A stretch of 64,000 nt of DNA from an uncultured Clostridia bacterium. GTDB lineage: Bacteria > Bacillota > Clostridia > Christensenellales > CAG-917. A program made the position numbers and the translations under genes. The number at the start of each line of letters is the position of its first letter. Position 1 is the stretch's first letter. The notes beneath the pieces were generated by a model that saw nothing but the letters and a program-made list of their open reading frames with translations, was not told the origin of the DNA and did not search any database. Shown piece after piece: positions 18,940 through 28,441 of this stretch. The stretch is taken from contig CALVKQ010000001.1 of assembly GCA_944332815.1 (NCBI GenBank), forward strand, positions 49,697 to 113,696, read 5' to 3'.

Positions 18940-20577
18940 TTACAAAAACTTTTCCTCTTCCGTGTCGTAAAGCCCCGTGTCCAGCAGCCGCAGACGGGGT
19001 ATGACGGGGAGCGCAACGAATGAGAGAGTGGTGAACGCGTCCACGCCGGGATCCACCCCCATGGCGTGCGCGATGCGCTCCAACTCCTCCGTCCTTTTTG
19101 CCACTTCCTCCGCGCTGCCCGTCGCCATGAGCCCGAACGCAGGCATGGGGAGTTCCCCCACCGTCCTGCCGCCCGACGCGATGACGTAACCGCCGCCTAT
19201 CTCTTGCAGTCTTTTTAGGGCGAACGCCATATCCGCGGCATTGTCGCCTGCGCATACGGCGTTGTGCGAATCGTGAGATATAGAAGTGGCGATCGCGCCG
19301 CCCCTCATACCGTAGCCCACCAGCTTACACACGGCGAAATTCCCGTTCCGCCCATGCCTTTCCGCCGTCACGAGCAGGTCGCACGGCTCGCCTTTCCCGA
19401 CCTTTGTTTTCTCGGTGATTATCTGCCCTTGCACCAAAGAGAGCGCGACCCCGTCCAAGCGTCCGGGCACGGCTATATCCTCTGCGGATATCGTGTTGAG
19501 ATGCACAGAATTTTCAAAAACGGCATGTTTATCTTCATGTTCCGATGGTTTAACCGTGAGTTTTCCGTTTTTCGCCACGACGACGCCGTCCTTCAAAACG
19601 CAGACTACTTCCCCCGTATCCTCCTTGGCAACAACTATATCGGCGCGCAGTCCCTCCCCTATGTTCCCCCTGTCCGGCAAGCCGTAAAAGCGGCAGGGAG
19701 AATAGGAGGACATCCTTGCGACATCTCCCCATCCGAAGCCCTTTCGGAGGGCGAGGGAGACTATGTGCGAGATGTGTCCTTCGCGCGCTATGGTGGCAAG
19801 ATGCTTGTCGTCCGTACAGAAAGCGAAACGCCCCGTGTCCAGTCCCCTTTCCTTCACGCCGTCCAACAACTCGGAAGCGTTGCGCGCCGCGCTCCCTTCG
19901 CGGATATAGATGTTCATGCCCCTGTCGTAGCGCGCGAACATCTCTTCCTTGGTCGCGCACTCATGGTCGTTGCAAACGCCTGCGGCGACATAGGCGTCCA
20001 ACATACTTTCGGGCATACCGGCGGTGTGCCCGTCCACCGTCCTGCCGCAAAAGAGTGCGAGTTTTGCCGCCATGCGAGGCTCTCCGTGCGCCGCGTCGGC
20101 AAATCTCATCACCTCGCCCAGTCCCACCACCATGGGATCGTCCGCGAACTCTTTCATGTCATCCGCAGAGAACTCGCCCGCGCCGTTGGTGTCCAGCTCC
20201 GTGGCAGGCACGCTTGACGGCAGGCATATAAATATGTCCGCGCGCGAACGGCGGCACTCCTCCATGAAGACGCGCAGCCCGGGCGCGCCTGCGACATTGA
20301 CGACTTCGTGAGGGTCGGCGATGACGGTCGTGGTGCCGAAAGGCAGCACCGCGTCCCCGAACGCCGCAGGCAGCACCATGCCCGACTCTATGTGCACGTG
20401 AGCGTCCGCGAACCCTGCCGCGATCACCTTCCCCGTGCAGTCCAAGACCTCGTCCGCGCTTTCGTAGCCGCATCCGCCCACTCGCGCGATGCGCCCGTCC
20501 TCTACAAGCACGTCCGCAGAAAAAAGCACGGCACGTCTGCCGTCGGCGACCCTGCCGCCTTTTAAGAGCACTCTCAT
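18940..20577 (-). CDS. ade: Adenine deaminase
   Basis: 545 aa amidohydrolase-fold protein with GFADAHVHIESG and the two-domain length typical of Ade. Confidence 0.8.
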   Translation of the reverse strand: MRVLLKGGRVADGRRAVLFSADVLVEDGRIARVGGCGYESADEVLDCTGKVIAAGFADAHVHIESGMVLPAAFGDAVLPFGTTTVIADPHEVVNVAGAPGLRVFMEECRRSRADIFICLPSSVPATELDTNGAGEFSADDMKEFADDPMVVGLGEVMRFADAAHGEPRMAAKLALFCGRTVDGHTAGMPESMLDAYVAAGVCNDHECATKEEMFARYDRGMNIYIREGSAARNASELLDGVKERGLDTGRFAFCTDDKHLATIAREGHISHIVSLALRKGFGWGDVARMSSYSPCRFYGLPDRGNIGEGLRADIVVAKEDTGEVVCVLKDGVVVAKNGKLTVKPSEHEDKHAVFENSVHLNTISAEDIAVPGRLDGVALSLVQGQIITEKTKVGKGEPCDLLVTAERHGRNGNFAVCKLVGYGMRGGAIATSISHDSHNAVCAGDNAADMAFALKRLQEIGGGYVIASGGRTVGELPMPAFGLMATGSAEEVAKRTEELERIAHAMGVDPGVDAFTTLSFVALPVIPRLRLLDTGLYDTEEEKFL

Positions 20578-20681
20578 ATCTCACCGCCTTTGCGCCAAAG
20601 CGCACGCAAGTCCGGCGCTCGCCGAACTTGCAAATCAAACAGTTTATACAATTATTTCCGCAGAATGAACTCGGTTTACGG

Positions 20682-21251
20682 TCATTTCAGGTTTTCTTCG
20701 ATGAGCGCGTCCAGATACTTGGGCAAGTCCTTTTCCGCAAGCACTCCCGGGTTGTCCAGCAGCCATATGAGCAGGCTGACGAGCGCCCCGGCGTAGCATA
20801 TCGCCGTCATCTGCGACGGCACCGAAGTGTGATGCGTCCCCTTGAACTTCCCCAGCTGATAACGGATGGACTGCGCCAAAGAATCCGTGAGCGTATGCAC
20901 CACTTTCTCGTTGCGGTTGAACTCCACTATCCTCGCCACATGATTGTGTTTGTCCGAAAGATACTCCACCGCCATGAACAGCAGCTTGTGCATGAGCTCC
21001 TTGGGAGAGGCGGCAGGCACGTCCTGCGTGAAACTTTCGTAAACAGAATCTTTCAGTTCTTCCAGCGCGAAGGACAGCAAATGATACTTGTCCTCGAAGT
21101 GCGCGTAAAAAGTGGCGCGGTTGACCATCGCCCGTTTGCACAGGTCGATGACGCTTATGCGTTCGATGGAGCTTTCCTCCATCATTTCGAGCAGCGTGGC
21201 GCTGAGCAACTTGCGAGTGCGCACTATCCTGAGGTCTTCCTTATACTCCAT
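20682..21251 (-). CDS. TetR/AcrR family transcriptional regulator
   Basis: N-terminal HTH with ISVIDLCKRAMVNRATFYAHFEDKYHLL. Start placed at MEYKED. Confidence 0.85.
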   Translation of the reverse strand: MEYKEDLRIVRTRKLLSATLLEMMEESSIERISVIDLCKRAMVNRATFYAHFEDKYHLLSFALEELKDSVYESFTQDVPAASPKELMHKLLFMAVEYLSDKHNHVARIVEFNRNEKVVHTLTDSLAQSIRYQLGKFKGTHHTSVPSQMTAICYAGALVSLLIWLLDNPGVLAEKDLPKYLDALIEENLK

Positions 21252-21509
21252 AAACCCGACTTCCCTTAAATAAGTTTGTATCATTATCCCACAATACCCC
21301 CACGATGTCAAGATAAAATACAAAAGTCTGTTATCCTACATCGGGTGCGCTTTTGCCACGTCCGCCCCGTAACTGTCGCCCGAACGCGCCCTTGTCCGCA
21401 GACAAAAACCGACAAAATATCCCACGAAACGACATCCTCTCACGCGCTTGTTTTTCCCTCTTATTTTTCGTTTGCGCACAATTAACGGACGAAAAATGCC
21501 CTATAAGCC

Positions 21510-21538
21510 TTGATAAATGCGAAAATGTTTGTTATATT
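21510..21538 (+). promoter_or_regulatory. Candidate promoter for the M28 peptidase gene
   Basis: TTGATA-17 nt-TATATT, followed by a 10-bp inverted repeat (21552-21561 / 21577-21586) that could be the TetR operator. Confidence 0.4.
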
Positions 21539-21600
21539 AGATATTAGCTTATTTATGCGTGACGCGCGCACAGCCGCACGCATAAACTGTACGGAGTGTT

Positions 21601-22839
21601 ATGAGAGTTTCCGAAGAGATACGCAACAAAGCCGTGGATTACAGCTTGGATTCCATCAAGTATATCTGCGAAGAGATAGGTCCGCGCGAGTCCGGTATGC
21701 CTGCCGAGCGCAAAGCCCAGGAATGGCTGAAAGACCAGCTGCTCAAAAACGGTTGGGCGGACGAGGCGGCGATAGAGCCCTTCACCGTGTCGCGTCACGG
21801 GCTGGTCGGCTTCACGAAGATAGTTTCCGTGATGCTGGTCATCGCGGCGGCGATGCAGTTCGTCGCTCTTGCAGGCGGCGCAGCCGCGAATGCGGCGGCA
21901 AACGCCGTGACCATCTTCCTGTGCGGCGTGGGGCTGCTCATCACCGTGCTGGAATTTCTGATGTACAAGCCTTTCATCGACCCCCTCCTCCCCAAAACGG
22001 AGTCGGGCAACGTGTACGCCACCTACAAAAGCAGCGGCGAAACCAAACGTCGCATAGTCTTTTCCGGGCATTGTGACTCCGCCTACGAGTGGACGCTGAT
22101 GAAGATAAAACCTGCGTTCATGATCGCGGTGATAGTTCTCTGTGTGGTGGGCGTGCTTGCGGCGGTCGCGCTCTGCATCGTGAACCTGGTGCGCGGCGAG
22201 CCTGCCGTATGGAGCCTGGTCGTGACCTCGGCGTTCATCCCCGTGTACGTGCTGCTCTACTTCTTCTGCACTTTCAAGGTGGTGGTCCCGGGCGCGAACG
22301 ACAACCTGACGGGAGTGCTGGCGTCCGTCGCCGTGCTCAAATGCCTGAAAGAGAGCGGCATCCGCTTCGAGCACACCGAAGTCGCCGTGTTGCTCACCGG
22401 GTCGGAAGAAGCAGGTCTGCGCGGAGCGTTTGCATGGGCGCGCAAACACAAAAAGGAGATAATGTCCGACGGCACCGAAACCGTGTTCATCGGGCTGGAA
22501 ACCCTGCGCGACTGGGATCATCTCAACATCTATAACCGCGACCTCACCGGCACCGTCGCGCATGACGCCGGCGCGGTCAAACTGCTGGACAAAGCGTCCG
22601 CCGCCTGCGGCAGACCTCTCAAACACTTCTCGGTGTTCTTCGGCGCGTCCGACGCCGCCGCAGTCACCAAAGAAGGGCTCCGCGCCACCTGCCTTGCCGG
22701 GATGGATCCCACCCCTGCGGACTACTATCACAACGTCAAGGACACCGCGGATAACATGGACAGAAAAACATTTGCGCTCGGTCTGGATATAGCCATCGAA
22801 GCTGCCGAGATCTTCGACAGAGAGGGGGCGCCGGAATGA
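21601..22839 (+). CDS. M28 family metallopeptidase with inserted transmembrane segments
   Basis: GHCDSAYEW, GANDNLTGV and GSEEAGLRG match the metal-ligand motifs of M28. Hydrophobic helices lie between residues ~70-240. Confidence 0.7.
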   Translation: MRVSEEIRNKAVDYSLDSIKYICEEIGPRESGMPAERKAQEWLKDQLLKNGWADEAAIEPFTVSRHGLVGFTKIVSVMLVIAAAMQFVALAGGAAANAAANAVTIFLCGVGLLITVLEFLMYKPFIDPLLPKTESGNVYATYKSSGETKRRIVFSGHCDSAYEWTLMKIKPAFMIAVIVLCVVGVLAAVALCIVNLVRGEPAVWSLVVTSAFIPVYVLLYFFCTFKVVVPGANDNLTGVLASVAVLKCLKESGIRFEHTEVAVLLTGSEEAGLRGAFAWARKHKKEIMSDGTETVFIGLETLRDWDHLNIYNRDLTGTVAHDAGAVKLLDKASAACGRPLKHFSVFFGASDAAAVTKEGLRATCLAGMDPTPADYYHNVKDTADNMDRKTFALGLDIAIEAAEIFDREGAPE

Positions 22840-23615
22840 GCATCGCGAGGGAAATCATGAAAAAGATCGCTTATCTCCTCATCATAGCGGCACTCGTGGT
22901 CGCGTTCGCATTCGCTCTCGTCGCCTGCAACGACAACGGCTCGACGGATAACAGCGGAAACGACAACACCATGTCCGACGCCGACTACGCCGCAGTGAAA
23001 GCCGCGGTGGAAGCCAGTTCGCAGAAGACCTCTTACGGTGCGACCGTCACCGAAGTCGCGGACGGCGTGACGACCGTGACGAAAGCGAACTTCTATAACA
23101 CCGGCAGGGATCGCCTCATCCAAACGGAGTACGTTTCCGAAAACGCGGACGGCAGTGTTGCAGAAAAGGGGTTCACCGTCTATATCCCCGGAGAAAGCAA
23201 CATATTCGCGGAAGCGGTCTATGAGGGAGAGAGCACTCTGCCCTCTTACAGCAACTTTGACAACGCCTCCGGCATGATCCTCCAAGAGGCTCTGACCGAC
23301 TCCGGGCTGCTGTCCAGGGACAAGGTGAACGACCTGTTCAACAAGAACAATTCCTTCGCCCTCACCGACGGCACGAAGTCGAGCGCGGACGGATACACCG
23401 TCTACGTCTTCAAATTCGACAACGACGAAGAAAGCGGCAAAGCCACCATCACCGTGGACGGCAACGGGGTCCTCTCCGCGATGGAACTCGCATACGACGA
23501 CGGCAGCGTCCTGAAAGCCGAGTACGTCTATGACCTCGGCGCGGTGCCTGCGGACGTGCCGACCACCTCCCCGGCGTGGTACACGGCGCACCCCAAAGCC
23601 GAGCAGACCGCCTGA
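22836..23615 (+). CDS. Lipoprotein, function unknown
   Basis: Signal peptide plus lipobox (FALVAC). The start overlaps the previous stop (ATGA). Confidence 0.7.
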   Translation: MSIAREIMKKIAYLLIIAALVVAFAFALVACNDNGSTDNSGNDNTMSDADYAAVKAAVEASSQKTSYGATVTEVADGVTTVTKANFYNTGRDRLIQTEYVSENADGSVAEKGFTVYIPGESNIFAEAVYEGESTLPSYSNFDNASGMILQEALTDSGLLSRDKVNDLFNKNNSFALTDGTKSSADGYTVYVFKFDNDEESGKATITVDGNGVLSAMELAYDDGSVLKAEYVYDLGAVPADVPTTSPAWYTAHPKAEQTA

Positions 23616-23700
23616 AACCCGGCGTCCGCCTGAAAGCCGTAAGGCGCAACCCCGTGAATTACCCCACGGAGCGCGCCCGGCAAAAACCGCATAAAAAACG

Positions 23701-23728
23701 AAAGGTCCGTCCGAATGACGGGCCTTTT
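23701..23728 (+). terminator. Intrinsic terminator (first of a tandem pair)
   Basis: GGTCCGTC-cgaat-GACGGGCC followed by TTTT. Confidence 0.6.
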
Positions 23729-23744
23729 GAAAACCTGACATTTG

Positions 23745-23772
23745 AAAACGCCCGTCCGAAACGGGCGTTTTG
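23745..23772 (+). terminator. Intrinsic terminator (second of the pair)
   Basis: ACGCCCGT-ccgaa-ACGGGCGT followed by TTTT. Confidence 0.65.
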
Positions 23773-24086
23773 TGCGATGGTGTCATTTGCGCCTGTCGGT
23801 AATTCTCCCGTCGCGCACGGGGTGCGTCCGACCTCGGCGCAAATGACTTTCGGCGGAATCTTCCGTTGCCGCTCCTCTTGCGGCGGTCCTTCCGTCAACA
23901 CCGATATTCTACACCCTCCCCCTCGCGATTTCAACCCCCTTTTTCAAGTCATATCCGAAGTTTTGTGGGAATATCCCACACTATCCGCATACCGAGCAGA
24001 AATAAGGTGCGAGAACGCCGCCCCCTCCCACAAAACCGACATATCCGGGCGATATGCCGCTTATCCGCCCTGCCCGACGCATGATG

Positions 24087-24115
24087 TTGACAAACGGCGA
24101 ATAAATGATTATAAT
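24087..24115 (+). promoter_or_regulatory. Consensus sigma-A promoter
   Basis: TTGACA-17 nt-TATAAT, 29 nt upstream of the ATG at 24144. Confidence 0.6.
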
Positions 24116-24143
24116 ATAGAAAACGTATCAGGGAGGATAAATT

Positions 24144-24626
24144 ATGTTTTGCAGCAACTGCGGAAGAGAGATAAGCGACGGCGCGGCGATCTGCCCCTAC
24201 TGCGCGGCAAAGCCCGACGCCAAATCTGCCGACGCTCCGAACCCCTTCACCGAAACCCGAGAGCAGTCGAACGGCGGCCGTTCTCAGCAACAGTATCAGC
24301 AACAATACCAACAGCAGTATCAGCCGCAATATCAGCCCTCGCCGACCAACGGGTTTGCGATCGCCGGATTGGTGTGCGCGTTCTTTTTCCCTCTGCTCGG
24401 CTTGATATTCAGCTGCATAGGCTTGTCCCGTTCCAAGACCATGAACGGCGAAGGCAAAGGTTTGAGCATCGCCGGCTTGGTTATTTCCCTGCTGTGGCTC
24501 GTCGCGGTCGTCATCATCATCGTTGTCTATGCCGTGGTTTTGGGCGCCTTGGTGGATACGCTCAACGACCCCAATACCTATTACGACACGGTCAACATGG
24601 CAATGGCGTACATCGGCGTGCTGTGA
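24144..24626 (+). CDS. Zinc-ribbon / Gln-rich linker / DUF4190-like membrane protein
   Basis: N-terminal CSNC...CPYC, then (QQY)n low complexity, then two TM helices (GFAIAGLVCAFFFPLLG...). Confidence 0.7.
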   Translation: MFCSNCGREISDGAAICPYCAAKPDAKSADAPNPFTETREQSNGGRSQQQYQQQYQQQYQPQYQPSPTNGFAIAGLVCAFFFPLLGLIFSCIGLSRSKTMNGEGKGLSIAGLVISLLWLVAVVIIIVVYAVVLGALVDTLNDPNTYYDTVNMAMAYIGVL

Positions 24627-24674
24627 CAAAGCGCGTGACGCCTTTTTCGGGCGGCATGGAACACGAAAAAATCA

Positions 24675-24705
24675 AGACCCCGTCGCAAACGCGACGGGGT
24701 CTTTG
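24675..24705. terminator. Bidirectional intrinsic terminator
   Basis: AGACCCCGTCGC-aaac-GCGACGGGGTCT with an A-run before and a T-run after, between convergent genes. Confidence 0.7.
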
Positions 24706-24725
24706 TCATCATTCGGGGAGCCGTA

Positions 24726-25031
24726 TCACTCCCTGAAAAGGTACTCGGCGAGGTCCACGGTGAAGTCCTTCCGCACTTTCACGCCCTCGTCTTCCAGCAA
24801 TTTTGCCTGCACCTCCCTGCCCCCGAAGGCGAAAGAGGGGGCGAGCGCGCCGAAACGGTTGACTATCCTGTGGCACGGGATGACCCCGGGGCGAGGATTG
24901 CAATGCAAAGCGTAACCGACCGCGCGCGACGCGTGGGGCGAGCCGCACATGGCGGCTATCTGTCCGTAGGTTGCCACCTTTCCCTTGGGCACCCTCATGA
25001 CCTGTTCGTACACTTTGTCGTAAAAGCTCAT
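24726..25031 (-). CDS. MGMT-family (methylated-DNA-protein-cysteine methyltransferase DNA-binding domain) protein
   Basis: VPKGKVATYGQIA...PCHRIV active-site motif, 101 aa. Confidence 0.8.
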   Translation of the reverse strand: MSFYDKVYEQVMRVPKGKVATYGQIAAMCGSPHASRAVGYALHCNPRPGVIPCHRIVNRFGALAPSFAFGGREVQAKLLEDEGVKVRKDFTVDLAEYLFRE

Positions 25032-25152
25032 ACCGCGACGTTCTCCTTGTTGGCGTTTTGCGCCGCCTGATCGAGATAAGCGTTATCGCTTTGATACTAT
25101 TCTTTCCGAAGTTTTTGCGCAGCCGAAGTTGTGGGTATGCAGGACGCTGCTG

Positions 25153-25947
25153 TCAGATGCCGAGCAGTTTCTCCGCCGTGCCGTGCAATATCTTTTCTTT
25201 GTCCTCTTCCGTGAACGCGCAGGAGCGTATCATCTCGGCGGCTTCCGCCGTATCGCTCCACGGCGAGTCGGAGGCAAACAGTATCCTGTCCGCGCCGTGA
25301 CGGGTCACGATGTACTCGAAGAGGTCCTTCGGACAATATTTTGTCGCCATAGACGTGTCCATATACACGTTTTTCCCCACGAGATACTCCGAGGTTTCCA
25401 CCCACTGCTCCTGACCGCCCAGATGCGCGATGACCATCTTTCCGCCGTCAAAGCGGTCGGCAAGGGCTGCGAACCTGCGCGGATTGCTCCTGTACGGCGG
25501 CGTGCCTATGGGGTCGTAGCCGGCGTGCCAGAGGATGATGAGCCCCTTGGAAAAAGCATATTCGTAAAAGGGGAACACGCTTTCGTCGTCCACGGTGAAT
25601 TTCTGATATTCGGGGTGCAGCTTTATCCCCTTGAAACCGCGCGCGACCACGTCGTCCACATCCGCTTTCCAACCCTCCCACATGGGATAAGCCGCGCCGA
25701 ACGTGATGAGCCTGTCGTCGTTCACCGTGGACGCCCAGGCGTTTATCTTCGCGACCTGCGAGGGCTTGGTGGCGATGGAGAGCACCACGCTCTTGTCTAT
25801 GCCGTGCGCGTTCATATAGGAAAGCAGCCCGTTCCTTGTCATATCCGTGCAATGCCGATATGCCCCGTGCGAGTTTTTGATGAGTGCGGCGCGCGCTTTG
25901 GGCGCCAGTTCATCATTGAAAATGTGAGTGTGAAAATCTATTATCAT
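25153..25947 (-). CDS. Amidohydrolase-family (TIM-barrel metal-dependent) hydrolase
   Basis: MIIDFHTHIF N-terminal HxH motif, later H and D ligands, 264 aa. Confidence 0.75.
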   Translation of the reverse strand: MIIDFHTHIFNDELAPKARAALIKNSHGAYRHCTDMTRNGLLSYMNAHGIDKSVVLSIATKPSQVAKINAWASTVNDDRLITFGAAYPMWEGWKADVDDVVARGFKGIKLHPEYQKFTVDDESVFPFYEYAFSKGLIILWHAGYDPIGTPPYRSNPRRFAALADRFDGGKMVIAHLGGQEQWVETSEYLVGKNVYMDTSMATKYCPKDLFEYIVTRHGADRILFASDSPWSDTAEAAEMIRSCAFTEEDKEKILHGTAEKLLGI

Positions 25948-26016
25948 ACCCGAAAATTTTACTCTTTCCCTCTCAAAATGTAAAGCGATGCCGTGCCGAA
26001 ATAATAAGGATATGCC

Positions 26017-26790
26017 TCAAAGCAGGTCTTTCACCGCTTTGTAATTGTAATTCTTTTTCAGCACGCGGTAAAAGGTGGGGATGGAAGAAAATCCGCACGC
26101 GAGAGCAGCTTCCGATGCTGTGCATCCCGTGTTTTTCATCATGTCCAGCGTATGCATCAGCCTGACCGCGGACACATAGTCCGTGATGGACGTCCCCAGC
26201 GCCGCATTGAACATCCTGGAAAAGTAATAGCGGCTGTATCCGAAATGCTCCGCCATGCTCTCCAACGTGATGTCGTCCGCGTAATGCTCGCTTATGTACG
26301 CCAAAAGTTCGTCCACGAAGGTCTGCCTGCCGCGCACGCCCTCCGTATATCCCAGCTTATCCGCTATGCGCCCCAGCAGCATATCGCAGTGCGCCTGCAT
26401 GACGAGAGGATTGTCCTCCCCCTTTGCGAGCGCCTCCACGTGAGGCAGCAGAGAGCGGCAAAACTCCTCGTCCGTGACGACGCACCCGTTCATGAGCTTG
26501 TCGCCGAAGCGGTCGTAGTAGTCGCGCAGCATATGGTTGGGGAACACCAGCACCGTCTGACGGCTGCCCTCGCTCTCCTCGTAACCGTGCATCTCGTAGC
26601 TGTTGGCAAAGAAAATATTGTCCGCGCCGAGGTCCCTTTCCTTGCCGGAAGCGAAGAACTTCTTCCTCCCCTCCGTGACGTACATGACCTCCACTTTTCT
26701 GTGGAAATGCACGTGACACACGTTGTCGCAGTCCGCCGAAACGAAAAGCCGTTCGTCCCTTTCCCTGTTTATCTCATATTGAGCAAGCAT
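26017..26790 (-). CDS. AraC family transcriptional regulator
   Basis: N-terminal cupin-like part and a C-terminal double HTH (YSRYYFSRMFN ... GFSSIPTFYRVLKK). GGGGAGGG SD before the ATG at 26790. Confidence 0.8.
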   Translation of the reverse strand: MLAQYEINRERDERLFVSADCDNVCHVHFHRKVEVMYVTEGRKKFFASGKERDLGADNIFFANSYEMHGYEESEGSRQTVLVFPNHMLRDYYDRFGDKLMNGCVVTDEEFCRSLLPHVEALAKGEDNPLVMQAHCDMLLGRIADKLGYTEGVRGRQTFVDELLAYISEHYADDITLESMAEHFGYSRYYFSRMFNAALGTSITDYVSAVRLMHTLDMMKNTGCTASEAALACGFSSIPTFYRVLKKNYNYKAVKDLL

Positions 26791-26828
26791 AGCGACCCTC
26801 CCCGTCCGATTTCCGCATTTTACGGATA

Positions 26829-26857
26829 ATGACAGCAATAATTGAGAATATTATAAT
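26829..26857 (+). promoter_or_regulatory. Candidate promoter divergent from araC-like gene
   Basis: ATGACA-17 nt-TATAAT. Confidence 0.45.
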
Positions 26858-26946
26858 CAAAATTTTAATGCACGTCCAGTGAATACGCACTACAATGTCC
26901 GCGAAAAATAAATAAAGCCATACCGAACATAAAGGAGGTGCCGACA

Positions 26947-27039
26947 ATGAAAACCAAAACAGCGACCACGATGCAGACCAAGCGTACCGGCATCGCAAAA
27001 CGCATCGGCGAAGCCCTCTTCTGGGCGACCCGCCACTGA
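26947..27039 (+). CDS. Candidate 30-aa small protein (MKTKTATTMQTKRTGIAKRIGEALFWATRH)
   Basis: AAAGGAGGTG SD 6 nt before the ATG. It is absent from the ORF track, presumably because of its size. A promoter lies upstream and a terminator downstream. Confidence 0.35.
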   Translation: MKTKTATTMQTKRTGIAKRIGEALFWATRH

Positions 27040-27169
27040 CCCTTTCGTCCGAACGGCTCACGGCGTCAAACGACAACGCCGTGGCATGCGCTCCCCGACC
27101 GCTGATCGAAGATCTTAGCCCGGGGATCCCGAATGTGGGTCATCTCAAAAACTAAATATTGTTGTATTC

Positions 27170-27205
27170 GACAAAATCAAAAGCCGTCCGGGGTTCGGGC
27201 GGCTT
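27170..27205 (-). terminator. Intrinsic terminator after pfkA (usable from both strands)
   Basis: On the minus strand, GCCGCCCG-aaccc-CGGACGGC is followed by TTTTGATTTT. Confidence 0.6.
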
Positions 27206-27228
27206 TGGTTTCGGTTGGTCGGGGGATG

Positions 27229-28218
27229 TTACTTACTGATGCTGGTCGCGAGCATGAACAGGTTGTCGTCGAATTGCTTTTTGACTTTGAGGGCTTCGAT
27301 GACGTTCATGTCGATGGTGTCGCTGCCGCGCACGCCGACCACTCTGCCGCTCTGTCCGCATTCGATGAGTTCGACCGCGCGCGCCGCAAGACGGCTGGCG
27401 AGGACTCTGTCGAACATGGAGGGGGTGCCGCCGCGCTGGAGATAACTGAGGGCGACATGGTTGACCGTCCTGCCCGTGGAGGCTTTGACCTTCTCACGCA
27501 GCTCGTCGCGCAGGTCGTTCCTGCCCTCGGCGAGCACGATGATGGTGGAAGTTTTGCCCTTGTCGAAGCCCTTTTTGACGCTTGCCGCGATGGCGTCCAC
27601 ATCGGTGGGGGCTTCGGGGAGTATGACGTACTCGGCGCCGCCGGCGAGCGCGGTTTTGAGCGCGATGTCGCCGCAGTGCCTGCCCATGACTTCGAGGATC
27701 ATTATCCTGTCGTGAGAGGTGATGGTGTCGCGGAGTTTGAGCATCGCGTCCAGCACGGTGTTGCACGCGGTGTCGAAACCGATGGTGTAATCGGTGTAAC
27801 CCATGTCGTTATCGATGGTGCCGGGGATGCCGATGACGTTGATGTCGGTGAGCTGATGCAGGTCGGAAACGCCGTGGAAGGAGCCGTCGCCGCCGATGAC
27901 GATGAGGTTCTCTATACCGCGCTTCAAGAGGTTCTGCGCCGCAGCCTGCACGACCTCGGGCTTTCTGAACTCGTCCGTTCTGCCCGTACGGAGGATGGTG
28001 CCGCCGGTGTGGACGCAGTTGGAAACGCTGCCGTAAGGCATCTCGATGATATCGTCTTCGATGAGCCCGACATAGCCGTGACGCACGCCGTAGACTTCAT
28101 AGCCTTTGTTGAGCGCATAGCGGACCGCAGTCCTTATGCACGCATTCATGCCGGAAGAGTCGCCGCCGCTGGTCAGGATCGCGAGTTTTTTGGTTTGTTT
28201 GGATGCATTCTTTGCCAT
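27229..28218 (-). CDS. pfkA: ATP-dependent 6-phosphofructokinase
   Basis: LTSGGDSSGMNA, GGDGS and IPGTIDND motifs. GGAGGT SD before the ATG at 28218. Confidence 0.92.
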   Translation of the reverse strand: MAKNASKQTKKLAILTSGGDSSGMNACIRTAVRYALNKGYEVYGVRHGYVGLIEDDIIEMPYGSVSNCVHTGGTILRTGRTDEFRKPEVVQAAAQNLLKRGIENLIVIGGDGSFHGVSDLHQLTDINVIGIPGTIDNDMGYTDYTIGFDTACNTVLDAMLKLRDTITSHDRIMILEVMGRHCGDIALKTALAGGAEYVILPEAPTDVDAIAASVKKGFDKGKTSTIIVLAEGRNDLRDELREKVKASTGRTVNHVALSYLQRGGTPSMFDRVLASRLAARAVELIECGQSGRVVGVRGSDTIDMNVIEALKVKKQFDDNLFMLATSISK

Positions 28219-28286
28219 AATGACCTCCGGATACGTCCGTTTATCTGTCGAATTAGTGTACGCGCGCAGGCGCATACCTTGGTCTA

Positions 28287-28315
28287 TTATATCCGCAGAA
28301 AGTAAAATTGTAAAG
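28287..28315 (-). promoter_or_regulatory. Candidate pfkA promoter
   Basis: TTTACA-17 nt-TATAAT on the minus strand. Confidence 0.5.
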
Positions 28316-28441
28316 CAAAATCGCATCATGCCGGACCTGAATAATACGACGGATACTCATATTATTCCGGCACGGCATAAACATCGGTGGTGCGAATGAC
28401 TCGGCTCGGGCGGAAACCCACGGCGCCAAACACATTCCGTA

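Noticed and set aside
20578-20681. Looked for a purine riboswitch upstream of adenine deaminase, and for a preQ1 riboswitch upstream of queH (57492-57692).
   Set aside because: No conserved purine-aptamer loops (UAUAAUC...CUACC-type) or preQ1 hairpin/A-rich tail motifs are recognisable. The regions look like plain promoters.
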